A stretch of DNA of 64,000 nt from Balanoglossus misakiensis (GCA_040954595.2 CM082580.2:2284783-2348782), one strand, 5' to 3'; counted from the stretch's first letter, positions 14,207 through 28,371 are shown. Numbers and translations: made by a program. The notes: a model not told the origin generated them from the letters alone.

Positions 14207-16621
14207 ATGGCATTCAGTCTACCCACTCTGTATTTTCTCCTTCTCGGAGTTGCGATCGGCAGCTCACAACCAGCCCGTGGTACAATCAGAGAATCATTTG
14301 GAGGACAGGACGGCCATCCATCGCACTCTCACGGTACATGTAGTGCGGCGCAAGAAATTTCAGACAAGCTTACATCTATGAAAGCGGACTTTCAACAACA
14401 GCAGTCGGACATACAACAGTTACAAGCCCTTTGCAGCAATGCTTCGAGTGAAATTTCAGACAGGCTGACATCTATCCAGGCGGACTTACAAGAACTACGA
14501 TTCGCACTGAATGAATCCACCAAAGATGACAAAACAGAAAAGGGTCCTCCAGTGGAAGGCTTTAAAGGCTATCCAAAAGGTAAGTAACCACTGGATGTTT
14601 TATCGATCATGATGTATGCGTACACATACTTTGCCAGAGAACATTGTAAACATGTACATCTATCCGTACTTGCTTTTTTACTGTCATATGACCGATGTTT
14701 ACACTTGCATTCAAGACAGCCATGTTTCCAAATAGAATATAACCCTCAACATTTGCACTGCTATATAGGTCATAGGGCAAGGATTTAACATCTGAAATGA
14801 AATTAAAATATTGATGTCTCATCCGTAAACCTTTCACTAGCTCAGTGTGTTGCTAGGAGGAGAACCCACTAATGCACGAACCCGGATTGAAAATGGAATT
14901 ATGATCAGTAAAATTGAAATTATTGTCATTTCTTTTATATAATTAATTCTGGATTTTTGGTTTCTCATTTGTATGTATAATGAAACTCTGTAGTAAAATA
15001 TAGGAGTCACCACATTTGTTTTCATAATACAAGGTCACAAATTATTTCAATAATTGAAGAAAACTCCTCAGCATTGTATAGGCAAAATATTTAGCAAAGT
15101 TTATCTCGAAAGTGGGCAAGATGACCATACGATTTTATTTGACCGATGAATTTAATTTTATTTGACTGAGCTAAGTGTAAAATTTCCTGAAAATGACAAT
15201 AGCAGAAGAGAGTTTTAGAGCAATCTCAATGTAATCCTTTGGGAAAAGACACATGTGCACAAGTTCACGCAGTTTACGTTCTGCGCGTACATTATTTATA
15301 GGCACTTTATTACTTCCTGTTGACCAGTTGACTCCTTGAGTACCCATTGCAAAATTTGACTGAAGCGTTGGCGAGGTCGACCCACTTTTTTCACTCTCGT
15401 GTCCACAAGCGGGATGGGGGCAGGTGTGTGTTGTTGAACATTGATTCACTAAATAGCCACAAGTACATTAACATAAAAGGTGTCTTGTATCAAACTTAAT
15501 TAATGGAAAAAGGGCAGCGACAGAGAGACTTTGTCCCTTGTATGAAGAAAAAAATGGCGCTCCTATGGTACATGTGAATTTAATGTAAATTCAGTTGTCA
15601 GTCAGTCAGCCAGTTGATGATAAAGTGAACAACCAACTGTTAATTTCATTGGGTCGACATTGAAACAGTAAGTTAAACTGCAAGCTACTATTATTGCTTA
15701 AATGGCTTTGTCCATGGAAACTCACACAAACGTACCATTTCTAATCACTTTCTACAAAGTAAACAGCTACAGAAAAAAAAACGATTAAACACAACTCATT
15801 CTTTTTTTCTGTATTTGCTTTTATAACATCTTATCATAAATTTGACAACTTCTGATAAACCAGAAGCAAGCCTGTATGGCATTTAGTCTCTTCAAATTAT
15901 TTTCAATTAAACATTGTTTTTTCCTTAACAAAATTATCAATGGATGGTGCATTTATTTTCAGACTGTAACCATGCCTACCAACAAAATGGAAGAAGCCAT
16001 CTTTTTGAAGGAGTCCACCTGATTCAACCAGAAAACTACCCAGAACCCTTTGCAGTTTACTGTGAAGTCCAGGATGGTGCTGCCTGGACTGTGATACAAC
16101 GACGGCAAGACGGATCAGTCGACTTTGCCAGGGACTGGCAGACCTACAAATTGGGATTCGGAGACGTAACGGGCGAACACTGGCTGGGAAACGAAAAGAT
16201 CTACTATCTGGTACAAAGCGGTGGCTACAGACTCCGCATTGACGTCCAGGATTGGGGAACGGAGACAGTTCTACACGCAGAGTATGGAGTCTTCGGCGTT
16301 GGAAGCGAGTCCTCCAAGTACGTGCTGTCGGTGGGGAATTACTCTGGCACGGCTGGAGATCACATGGCTTATCATGATGGACAGAAGTTTAGTACCAAGG
16401 ATCAGGATAATGATGATCACGCCAACCATTGCTGCGCTTGCACTAATGGATGGGGTCGTGGTGGGTGGTGGTACAGGACTTGTCATCGCGCTAACCTTAA
16501 TGGCGTTTACATACAAGGTGGCACGTATAATGGCTGGTATGGTCTTTCATGGGGGCATGTACAAGATCATTCTCAGAAGAGAACTGTTATGAAGGTGCTC
16601 AAAGGAAACTCAACGTTGTAA
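14207..16621 (+). CDS. Secreted fibrinogen C-terminal domain protein (FReD; ficolin/angiopoietin-like)
   Basis: Exon 14207-14579 encodes a signal peptide and coiled coil. Exon 15963-16621 encodes WTVIQRRQDGSVDF.R.W..YK.GFG...EHWLGNE, FSTKDQDND and GGWWY..CH.ANLNG. Phase-1 intron. Confidence 0.92.
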
Positions 16622-18789
16622 CTCACCAATTCAATTTTCAAACAAGTTCGTTCTCCGTACTGATACATACTGTACACTCCAAAATACTACATTAACGTAA
16701 TTTGTACATCAACAGTTAACACGAACCTTCGACTAAATCACAGCATAACTGTACTGAAGCTGCACATATTTCAGATTGTTTTTACCTCATGATTGCTTAT
16801 AGCAAACAGTATTTGGAAAGCGTTGTAAAAAGGACAGGTACATGAGCCTATACATACCATGTACATGTAGTTAGTAATAAACTATATATGGCATTTCTTC
16901 CGAGTTTTTAGTGTTTATAATATACATGTATGCTGTGCAAAGAAAATTTATGCTGTTTTAAACACCCATAAGAATTTCACAACAAAGTATTTTTTCTTCA
17001 TTTTCTCTCCTTTTTCTTTGCAGATTCTCTTTTGTGTGCAACTATGTTAGAAAGTAACATGTTGGTGTAATTTTTAAGTTGGGTCAAAGTTGGCTCTGCA
17101 TGGCAGGACTGTGTGTCTTACGTCGATGCCTCCAAACCAATGTGGACCCACTAATTGTTGGACCAAAGCTGGACTTCTGTAGTCTGGGTTTGGGGGGAAC
17201 GGGTTACATGTGTGCCCGGCCTCCGGGTAACTCGGCAAGTTTTATGCAGTGTCGTTCTGTGATCTCGGCAATGCAAGTGGAAGTGATTCAAGTCGGGATT
17301 TACTGAGCAGTTATCAGAGAGAACGGAAATTTGAAAAAAATGGCCGGATTTCTGTTTCCCTCTACTTCCCATTCAGTTCCCTCTCAGTTTTCCAAAAATG
17401 AAATTGTTATGGTCCGATGTGAAGTGTATCAGTTTTTTGCCAACAATGTTATCACTTCCCATGTGCCTGATGCTTACACTTCGGCAAATGAAGTTTCATT
17501 GAGGAGATTGTCTCCCCACATATTGAAAATAATAGAGACTTTGCTGGGTAATCAGGGATTTGATGACCAAATAAAGGGAGTGTTACATGTATTTAACTGT
17601 TGCAATATCAAGTATTCTTTACTATCAATCACGTGATCTGGCCATGGGACCCACGGCGTTGTCATTTCCAGCTGACTGGCATGCAATATTTCGGCATCAA
17701 GAAAAAGTTTTTCCGAGTATGTTTTTACTTTAAAACCGCAACACACGTAACATGTATCGGGTATGTTGCCTCATCAGCCTCATGGAGTTTCGTCTAAATA
17801 GTCTTTGTCTGGACCACGTTGTTGAAGTAGCCCGTCATCTGGAAATTTGAATGCGAACGTTACTGCCGCCTGAGCGCGTCTGACGTCATTTGATATCGAA
17901 GAATAGATAATGGTATGTTCCCCTTAAAATCCAATCTCAGCCATTTTTTACAGGACAGCAAGGCCAGTGCTGTAGTCATCCATAATTATAAAACCTCATC
18001 TTTTGCATAATAAATCTGAATCTACTTTTTTTAGCCATCAATGTTTATGTTATTAATTAATGAAACTTTGCAAGAGAATTGAAATGCTAATCTGAATGCC
18101 CAGTTGGTCTGTGTTGCAAAATATGGCCGGAAAAATCTCGTGTAATCTCCTTTGCAAATGCATATCTGGCATGCCCTTGACATTTATTCACTCAACAAGA
18201 TATTTCAGGCCAAGGTTAGTGATTGACCGTTTACAGGCTACTTTGGTCCTTTCGTACCCCAAGTCCGGCGGCCACAGTTTGGATATTGTGATATATCTGG
18301 GATATATTTATGGAGAGCACAAGAGGACACAACAGACAGTTGTTCATTCAACTTCAGGGAGACCTGTAGTACCGTTTATTACTACGCATGCGCACACTAC
18401 GTCATCATGAACACATGCATACACACTCCACGTGAACATTTCAGTCAGTCGAACAGCCAAGGGCTCATTAATATAAATTATACAGCGTTCTAATTCAAAA
18501 TTGTGGACCGTTTGATTTCCGCTCACTGTACACGGTGAAATTGTCGCTGAACGGTGGTCGTCTTTGATCTTCGACTGTGGCGTCAAAACAAAACGAATCG
18601 GCAAAATCTTTGCTGGATGAAAGGTTAGTATAACCCTCTATACTAATGGCTATTTTTCGTGAACTTTTTTGGTGTAAAATGCCATGTAAATCTCACTTCT
18701 GAACTGGGGTCGATTTGAATTCTGCGCGGCACCGTTAACACAAGGTTTATACCCTCTAAAAATTTCACACATGAAAGATTATGATCACA

Positions 18790-19200
18790 ACTTGATATTC
18801 CGAAAGTTTTAAGTGTGTAACCAAACCAGTGAAAACTTTGGGTGTGTACTTTGGTATAATGAAATTGAGTGCAAAAGACTTAACTGGGACGGGAAAATTT
18901 CTTTGCTGGAAAAATGTTTACATTCTTGGAGCCGTAGGCAATTAACTATGTATGGTAGGATTGTCGTAACAAAAGCTTTGGCAATGTCAAAAATTATATG
19001 TATTTGTCCTCCGTAATTGGCATGCCGAATGATATATGTAAAAAGGTGCAGGGGTTGATTGACAACTTTGTAAACCGCAAGAGAATTCTGTCAAACAAGG
19101 TGCTTGAAAAAGAGCATTGCAAGGGTGGTGTTAAACATATTAATGTGATGTGTCAGGTGCAAGCATTGCAAGCAATGTGGGTCAAGACTAGACTAAATAT
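18790..19200 (+). mobile_element. Degenerate L1/Tx1-clade LINE ORF2 fragment
   Basis: NWDGKI..LEKCL.SWSRRQLTMYGRI.V.KAL..SK and KGGV..IN motifs from the region after the RT domain; frameshifted. Confidence 0.6.
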
Positions 19201-19689
19201 CAGTTCACAAAAACTCTGCACAGTGCAGACTACACAATTGTCAGTCAAACTAAAACCACACAGACTACTCCTACACAGACTGGAAAATGCCTGTTCAGTA
19301 ATACTCAAACAATAACAGTTAATGAAATTTACCTTTTTAATTTTTATTGTCAAATAAATACAATATAATATATAAAAGGTAACAACTGAGGAAAGCAAGA
19401 TTAATAAAGGAAACTCCTGAATGCAAAAAAGTGTGGGAACTGGCCACCAACCACACTACAGGCAGTAAAACACCGATCGATCAGCACAGACGCACTTCTT
19501 TCTTCGTTGTCTCCTGAAAGACAAAGAAACAAACTGTAAGGCGTACGATAATTATTGGTGAAGTTCTCAACAAGAGATTTGAGAAACACTTGCTCCGGTT
19601 TCCACACACACACGACACTGCTGCAACAGTGCACGCCAAGCAAGGAATGATGCTGCCCGGGAAACTTTCCCTCCGGCGCGCTTACTTAA

Positions 19690-20032
19690 AGGGACAAAGT
19701 CTCTCTCACTGCCCTTTTTCCACTAATTATGTTTGATACAAGACACTGTTTATGTTAATGTACATGTGGATATATAGTAAATCTACATTCGACCACACAC
19801 AACTTCCATCCCACTTGTAATATGAGAGTAAAAACTCGCCCAAAATGAATAAATGGTAAAGAACGATTATTCATTTTGGCGAGTTTTTTCACTCTCCTGT
19901 CTATAAGAGGGATGGAAGTTGTGTGTGGTTGAACGTTGATTCACTATATATCCACATGTAGAATAACAAACGGTGTCTTGTATCAAATATAATTAATGGA
20001 AAAAAAGGCAGCTAGAGAGAGACTTTGTCCCT
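19690..20032. mobile_element. Foldback MITE with TTAA TSD (Kolobok-like ends)
   Basis: TTAA|AGGGACAAAGTCTCTCT...AGAGAGACTTTGTCCCT|TTAA with long imperfect inverted arms. Partial relatives at ~15420-15538, ~21225 and ~25720. Confidence 0.75.
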
Positions 20033-21473
20033 TTAAGGTCTACGATGACGTCTGGACACCTACTGTCCCATCATTGCGCCAAAAATCATGTCCAATCAGA
20101 GCTCTCAGCAAGAAAATTACGAAATTGGACCGGGACATAATGATCTAAAATAGCTTGCCACAGTCGCGCATTCGCTACTTCCGGGTATGGATTCCTTCCG
20201 CCGCCATGTTAGAACACGGTACATACACACACTCAGTAAACAGGCGTTCGCAATTTTTCCGGACCTTGAGCAGACTAAAAATACGCAAATTTCGATAAAA
20301 CAATAATCAACTCAACGATTTATGTCAATTTTCGATTTTTAAAAACCGGCACGCGGGGCAGTGTTGAAAATCACGGAAAAATCGTGAAAGTCCGTACGGG
20401 CACACCACTCGAAACGCGTATAACCTAATTCTTTGGACTAACAATGGCGTGAAATATGATAGAAACAGCAACTTACCAGGTATACGTCAGTTTCGGGATG
20501 AGAATTATTCTTCTAACGCAGTATTAAGCTGGAAAAGTGAGATTATCGGTACCTCGGGAAAAAATCCTAACGGACACATACTTAAGCACGGGGGCGCTGT
20601 TCATTTGAAATGATTTTATGCAAATGCATGTAAATTAGGTACCCTGAAATCAGACTGTTGACGGCGTTTCTGAAAAGCCAAAGGTGATTGAGAGCGCCCT
20701 CTTGAGAGGCAATATCACACAGTCTTGGAGCAAGACTAGCACCGCGTTCGATTATCTTACCCGGGGAGCCCTAAGTGACGTCATGGGCCAAACCCGGTGT
20801 TGTGCCGAATTCGGCCCCATGCCGAATACGTCCCGCGCATGCTCGGGTCATCAGTAACATGTGTCTGAAATATTGCATTTTCTTGTGTGAAAGTTTTGCC
20901 ATCCAACGTGCATGTAAGGCTGTGCATGAATGTACATTGTACTGCACTGTAAACTTGGACATTGCATTACCGCAAGGATTTAATTTCATTCCACCAACAA
21001 ATCAGGGCCATGGGCAGATATTCACCCATTTAGGCCGAAACCATCACTTTTAGCTTTCAATAGTTAACATGATTAGTTGGGGTCTTAATCGGCAACGGGG
21101 CTGAATACAGAATTGCATTTTGTTATTCATAATTGTTGATTAGTATATATCACTTTCAGATGATTTTGTACAAATTCAAAAGACTTAACTGAAACTTAAT
21201 TACAACTTTTTTTCAGCAGAGTATTTAAAGGGACAAAGTCGCTATCTATGCCTTATTTTGGTTACTTTTGTTTTATATGAGAAGTTGTCTGCTGTCATAC
21301 TGCCCTTAAATACTATATTTTTTTATTTCATCAGTAATATATGTTAAGGAAAGGTTAAACATCATTATTTTTTTGTCCTTTTTAAAATTATTTTATTCTA
21401 CCTTTACTTGATTAAAAGATTAAAGCAGCTTCTCAATTGAATTGTTTTAACAAAGGCGCTCTCTGATTATAGA

Positions 21474-22713
21474 TTCTGATGGAGTATGATGAATTGCCTC
21501 AGCCTGGAGCTCCAAATACTAGGGGAAAGCGCCCTCTAACAGCTGAGAAACAACTGCTGATGTTTCTGTGGTATTTAGGTAAGATTTATGTGTATATTAT
21601 ATTTAAACGTGTATGTACATGTATACGTTTATAGTCAGAATTTACACCTATTATCATGAAACCTATATTTATTTGTCTTCTGGCATACTGAGAACTTGTC
21701 TTTTTTGCTTGCTTTTATTTTTATTCAATCATTCAAATGTAAAGTTTTTAAATCAATAATTGTTTACATTTTTTTATTTCTTTTTGAATTTTCATTGCAT
21801 TTGACCTTTTGAGGATTAATCTCAAATACAATTGCTGGTTTCCTCTGTTTACTTAAGAATTTATATTGACTACTTCTACAATTGAATGTATTTAATGGAT
21901 AACTTCAACAAAAGTGATTTTTTTTAGGGAATAATGAAACCTTCAGGTCGATTTCGGATCGCTTTGGAGTCTCGCGATCAACAGTTCACTTGTGCTGGTC
22001 GCGGATACTGAATATTGTCATTGAAAAGTTGGTGCCACGATACATTGTATGGCCACGTGGTGAAGATGTCCAGTCCACTGTTGAAGGCTTCAGTCACATT
22101 TCACACTTGCCATCTGTGCTGGGGGCTGTGGATGGGATGCATGTGCGCATAAAGGCACCTCTTAACCATTCAGCTTCTTACACAAACAGAAAAAAATTTC
22201 ATTCAATAAATTTACAGGCGGTTTGTAATTCTCGACTGCTTTTTACAGATGTTTATGCTGGATGGCCTGGGAGTTGCCATGATGCGCGGGTTTGGAGGAA
22301 CTCGCCACTCTCATAATGAAAATTTCCCACCCAACACCCATCTTGTTGGGGACAGCGCTTATCCATTGACATCATTTCTCATGACACCCTTCAAAAACTA
22401 TGGACACCTAACTATGGCACAAAGAATTTACAATATTGAACTAAGTAGAGCCAGGCAAGTAATTGAGAGGGCGTTTGGGCAACTGAATGGAAGGTTCCGA
22501 AAACTAAGGGATTTCTGTGCAGATGACATAGAGCTAGTTGTCAAGGGTACAGTTAGTGCCTGTGTCATGCACAACATCTGCTTGATGAATGATGAAGAGC
22601 TTCTTGAAGAGTTTCATGAGGATGATGTCAATGATGACATAATCATGCCCTTTAACAATGATGAAGTGGGTATCCAGCGACGAGCAGAATTGATGATGTT
22701 CCTCAATCAATAG
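21474..22713 (+). pseudogene. Harbinger (HARBI1-like, DDE_Tnp_4) transposase, frameshifted
   Basis: Exon ~21474-21578 (EKQLLMFLWYLG). Exon from 21928 carries FRSISDRFGVS, GAVDGMHVRI, GWPGSCHDARVW, LVGDSAYPL and IERAFGQLNGRFRKL. Frameshift and stop near 22315. Confidence 0.85.
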
Positions 22714-23405
22714 GAAAATACAATAGCAGCTTGCTGGATTCCATAAATGAGGATAGTAAAAGGGCCAGTAGCTTCTGGGTTTATAATTCACGTCCTGATA
22801 TAATATATAGCATAGAAGTCTTGTATTTCCTTGGCTTTAACAACAGTGTTACAATAAATCCAGTAGATCTGTTCATCTCACTCAAACTGAATAATCACAC
22901 AATTGTATTTGGTGAAATATTTTTCTTTATTGAACAATCAGGCCAGTAGTTCTGAGATATACAATAGCTATTAAAATACTCAAGCACTCATTCCAAAGAC
23001 TAACATAAGCAGTGTTTTAGTTAGAACACTATACAGTGAGGATATCACAGTTGTGGAACTAGGGCTTTTAGCTCAGCCTGAAATATTTGTTTCAAAGAAA
23101 TATCATTTTAAAAATACAGAAAGAAAATGGGAACTAATTTGATATGACAACAAATTATTGGGAAATAAAATTAATTTGCTTATTACTTGTGCTCTGCACA
23201 ATGTTTTGCCAGTATAGAATTTTTTTTATATTGTTTGCCCTGCCTGGCAACTTTCATGTCTTGCCCACCTATATCAGAACATATCTCTAACTTTGGGAAT
23301 TGTGATATATATGTCACATCTTTTTTCTACTTTCTTGTGCATTGTAATAAAGTGCTTTCAAACCAACATATCTGTCTATGGACATTTTTCTTAAGTGGCA
23401 CCACA

Positions 23406-23720
23406 TCTGCTGTCCCCCAGTCTATACAATCTCCCTCAATTCAGACAATAAATAACTAGAATTATAATTCCACAAAAGTTTAAACTGTATAAATATTTCA
23501 AATAGTATTACAATAACAGTCAACATCTTACCAGTCTGATCAAGTACCTATTACTTTTGATTTCCAGTAATTTTTCTCTTGCTGTCCCTCAGTTTACACA
23601 ATCTCCCCCAAGTAAGATAATAAATAACTAGAATTATAATTCCACAAAAGTTTAAACTGTATAAATATTTCAAATAGTATTACAATAACAGTCAACATCT
23701 TATCACAATATCAGTCTGAT
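23406..23720. repeat. ~170-180 bp tandem duplication
   Basis: TAAATAACTAGAATTATAATTCCACAAAAG...CAACATCTTA occurs at ~23450 and ~23620. Confidence 0.8.
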
Positions 23721-23866
23721 TGATTTGCAGTAATTTTGCTCAATTCATCTACAACAGCATGCTGAAACAGCCAGCAGTTTGTGAACACAGATTGTATACT
23801 TTTACTTTAATGAGTCATTGACAATGCCCTATCTGAAATTGTGTGTCAACAACAGAGCTAAAAAAG

Positions 23867-25610
23867 TCACAATTTATCAATTAGTTTTGACAGCAGCTCT
23901 TTGTTATCATTGTGCATCTGTCTGAGCACCCCAATGACTTCTGTATTACTCTCCACTATCAATTCTTTCATTTCATCAACCATTCGTTTTCCCCGTTTCT
24001 TTCTTTTGGGTTGTATTTCTGGTTTATTTTTTGGTGCAACTGAGGAAACATTCCCCCCATTATCATCATGCTCATCATCATCATCATCAATTTCTGTCAC
24101 TGTTACATTTTCACTATCTGTATGTGTACAAGCAGAAACAGGATTTTTACTGCCAACAGTGAACAAAGGTCTGACAGAAGGGTCATCTCCAATGACGCCA
24201 AACATTGCATCCTCATATATAAACTTACGTTTACCTGTACCAGTTTTATTTGAATACTGGATGTGATCTCTGTATTTTTTTCAGCGATTTCCATTTATCC
24301 ATACATTTCTCATGAGTTGTATTTATGGAAAATGTGTTATTAATTTCATTAGATATTTTTACCCATACTGGTTTCTTTTTTTGGCACAATCAAGGTCTGT
24401 ACTATTTTTCTTTACAAGATCAATGAGAAAACGTATTTGGTCTTCTGACCAATCAAGCCTTTCTACAAAGGGACTCATTACAATACATGTATTGTTTTCT
24501 GATATGCTTGGCTGTGGCTTGCTTGGCGTACTACTACATTTCTGTTGCTGTTGAGCATTACTCTGCTGTTGTGCTATTTGCTGGCCATGTTCTACACTCT
24601 TCTCCAATTCAGTACTCTGCTGGGTTGTACTTTGTTGCTGCTGTTGTGATGTACTGTGCTGAGGTGATGGTGAGGTTAGGCTGCATTCACAAACACCTCT
24701 GGAGGGGGGGGCGGGAGAATTCAAATTTTTTTACCGCTAATTTTCACATGCCCCCCTTCCGAACTGCCAATATTTTCAAATCCCCCCCTTCCGAACTGCC
24801 AAAATTTTGAAATCCCCCCCCCCCCATTTTCTTTCACAGAGCAAAACACATCACCTATCTATCTTGTAAAAAGAAAAACAGCGCTCCCATGAAAAGAATT
24901 TGAAGCTGATGTTTCCCCTCATCAGTGGGTATTAAAACTGAACATTGTTTTTATTTTTTAAGTACATATATTTGTATTCTGTGTTGGGAGACATTGTAAA
25001 CCGAGAATTGAAGGGGGTGGGTTTGGGAGGGGGTGTCCCCCTCCCACGTAAGAAAATTTTCTAAAATACAGAGCTCAAAGTTGCATTTTAATGAACCCGG
25101 CAAAAGCAAATTAACTCAACTACCGGTATGTTGGGGAGGACAAATTTAACCGTCACCGCTCAAAGTTATCATGGGGTGGGGCAAGTCCCCTGATCTGGGA
25201 CACTAGATAAACCAGTCAATGATTGAAAGGTGTTGATGAATGGAGGGGGTGGGTGTGGGAGGGGGTGTCCCCCTCCCACATTAGAAAATTTTGTAAAATA
25301 AAGGGCGCGAAACTGCATTTTTGTGGACTCAAAATAAATATTTAGTCGTTAAAGTTTTCAAGTCCCCCCCTTTCAGTCCCTAAATTATTTCAAATCCCCC
25401 CCTTACATACCCTCAATTTTTTCAAATCCCCCCCCTCAATTCTCCTGCCCCCCCCCCCTCCAGAGGTGTTTGTGAATGCAGCCTTACTGTTCCTGATGCT
25501 GCAGGTGACTTCTTAGCCTCTGGTGTACTTGGTACACTCTCCACATGCAGATGAATTGGCTCTAGTACCGGCCCATCAGGCAATCCATCTATTATAGGTT
25601 GTAACAGGTT
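23867..25610 (-). pseudogene. Harbinger Myb/SANT-like partner gene, disrupted
   Basis: WSEDQIRFLIDL..., KWKSLKK.Y..H...KTG, acidic linker and C-terminal coiled coil. Frameshifts near 24370-24280. Interrupted by the MITE at 24679-25483. Confidence 0.7.
24679..25483. mobile_element. PIF/Harbinger-type (Tourist-like) MITE
   Basis: TIR GGCTGCATTCACAAACACCTCTGGAGGGGGGG with a TTA TSD (24676-24678 and 25484-25486). Confidence 0.85.
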
Positions 25611-26120
25611 TGTATCTAATAAAAATGATAGTAAAAGAAATATAAAGCCCATTAGCAACATTTATCAAAATGACCGATTGAGTTCCTTACTTTACTCAGT
25701 CTACTTTTTGTTTTCTAGCTTAAAGGGACACTAATTAACATTGAATTGTGAAAATGATACTACGATGTTCATGTTATGAATAAGGTGTTCTGATCAATAT
25801 AATTGTTCTGAAATGTTCCTCAGAATTGTTTCTTTCGGTGTGTTTTTAGTGGCAGCGTGTCATTTTATGACAACCATATCTGCATTTAAAACAAGGGAAA
25901 AAAAGAAACGCGCATGACTGCGTCATTTTTTAATCCACCGAAGTATGAAAAACATTTTATTTTATATTTATGTCCTTATAACTAAAAAGTTTAAATTACA
26001 ATAAAATAACTGTGAAAATAGAGGTAACAATGCATAAAGCAATGGAGTTCAAATGTAGTTGCATATAACATGCACTGTAGATACACGACTGCAGCCCATA
26101 GTTTTTCCCATTATTTACTT

Positions 26121-26440
26121 AGGCAAAAAAAAAGATAGTGTGGTTCCTGACCTACCCTAATTTTTACCTACCAGCCCTAAACTTTTTACAGTCAAAGAAA
26201 CGCGGAAGTTAGTAATTATTGTAATTTACATGTAAATTAGCATGAAATTATAACAAAATTACGAAATCTCGAGCAGGTGTTATAAATGACATCTATGAAG
26301 GAACTGATCAGAGCTGTATCAATATTTTGGATGCCTTCAAAACACGCAAAACGAATAAAAAAATGAAAAATAAAGATTTCCCGGCCTACCTACCCTATTT
26401 TTGAAAAACATGTTATCGGGAACCAAACATTTTTTTCAAC
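26121..26440. mobile_element. Possible short MITE
   Basis: A-rich...TGGTTCCTGA at the left end and TCGGGAACCA...T-rich at the right end, with internal CCTACC motifs. Confidence 0.35.
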
Positions 26441-27241
26441 CAGAAAAATCGTTGGGGAAATAACGAGCTGCAGTCCTGCATCTACTGCAGACGACAACGG
26501 GGACACAGCTTCATCATTTCATGTATCACTATATTCCATAGGGAATTGACGGTAGTCCAACCTAAACTATCAGCTTCTATTGCTGTACGTAAATGTGCAA
26601 ATGGAAGCTAGTACAGTAAGAATGACAAAACCGCGAAATAAATATCATCAAAACTTCGTCAAATTACGACATTTTGCGCAATAGCAAATACGCATACACC
26701 GCATACGTCTTATTCAAGTTGTTGTCAACTGAATTCAAAATAATGCCATTATTGGCAATTTTGCTTCGTTTTAGGGGTAAAAAATTTCAAAAAATAAAGC
26801 ACTCGTTAATGACTTACTTTTCATAACCACTTCCAGCTTTGAAGCAGGTGTTACAAAAGTAATTTTTCGGCCTTTGTTGATCGCTGTAAAAGTTGCTGTT
26901 TTGTCGTCTGCCATTTTTTCCCCGGGGAGATCCAATCTCCCCTTGCTCGAGAGCAGGGGCAGGAAAAACTCCCCCGAGGTACCCCGAAAATGACGTCATG
27001 GGATAATCGAACGGAACCGATGTTACCTTGGGTCACCCGAGGGCGCCTCGAGGCGGATAATCGAACGCACCCCAGGTGTAACGATGTACACGCTTAAAAT
27101 TCGAATACAGAGTGCGCGTGCCACACAAACAGACGTTGACGTGAAGCCAAACTCTTTTCCACGTGAACGTCTAACGCGAACGCGAACGTGGGTTCTCCGC
27201 GTCCACGTTCACGTAAAAACGTGTAGCCGAACCTGTCTATT

Positions 27242-28371
27242 ATGAAAATTGGTACGGCGAGCAAAATCTGTTACGCAGCCTTGGCAGTAACAACTATTGG
27301 TTTCATCTTGACGTTTACAGTTCTGCATATCAACGAGTACAATTTAAATAGCCAGCCAGCATCACATTTGAAAAAGAATGCTACGAGCGTCAGTAGACCT
27401 TTGGACACCCTGAAAAGCTACCAGTTAAACACAACATCATACTACAGGGAGAAATTCGATGGTTTATGTTATGTTAACGACGGAGAGTCTTTCACAGTGG
27501 TAGAAGAAGTGAGTGAGGCTGAACTTCAAAGACGTGGTTGTGAACGCCGCCTGCCACAAGCACTTCTGGTTGGTGTCAAGAAATGTGGAACTAACGCACT
27601 CAGATTTTATTTAAACATTCTCCCAGACATAGCGATGCCTCAGGCAACCAAAGAAGTTCACTTTTTCGATCGGCACCATGGTTTCGGACTGACATGGTAT
27701 AGAAGCCGAATGCCCTACAGTGCAACTGCTGAAATGGTTAATATTGAGAAAACTCCTACATATTTTGTTTTCCCCCAAAATGGTAAACGACGAACTGTCA
27801 CCCAAAATGAAAATAATGGTTATTGTCTGTGATCCTGTGAGACGTGCAGTTTCGGACTTCCAACATGAATACCATGCAGTGCATAATAATGAATCCCTGC
27901 GAAATCGCCGAAACATTCGAAGAATCTCTTTTGGAGCCCAAAAAATCCGACATCGTCAACTGTTACAATGAACTAGTAGACACTGGTATTTATGTGAAAC
28001 ATATTGTGCGATGGTTGGATTACTTTCCCCGGGAACATATTCATATCGTCGACGGTGGAAAACTCAAGTCGTCGCCAGTTGCAGAGTTACAGAAAGTGGA
28101 AGATTTCCTACAAATAAGACCTTTTTTTGACGAGCGCCATTTTCACTTTAATCAGACAAGAGGTCGCTGGTGTCTAAGATATCCATTTGACATGTGTACT
28201 GGTAGCGGCCAGAAGCATCCACGCGTTGATGATAAGGTTATTAGGGTTCTAAGCGAATTCTTTTCACCCTACAATCGCCATCTGAGTGATGTTCTTCGTC
28301 AAAATTTCTCGTGGGTTAATGACACGCAGATGCTGCCATCTTGGAAGATGAACAACAAAAAATCAGTCTAA
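27242..28371 (+). pseudogene. Heparan sulfate glucosamine 3-O-sulfotransferase-like, intronless, two frameshifts
   Basis: N-terminal TM anchor, LPQALLVGVKKCGTNAL (5'-PSB), EVHFFD, EKTPTYF, VCDPVRRAVSDF (3'-PB), WLDYFP, ELQKVEDFL. The protein runs across three reading frames. Confidence 0.85.

Larger units (their letters stand above)
20740..27072. mobile_element. Decayed PIF/Harbinger DNA transposon
   Basis: TIR core GCGTTCGATTATC (20744-20756) and GATAATCGAACGC (27056-27068) enclose convergent DDE transposase and Myb/SANT-like genes. Confidence 0.7.
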
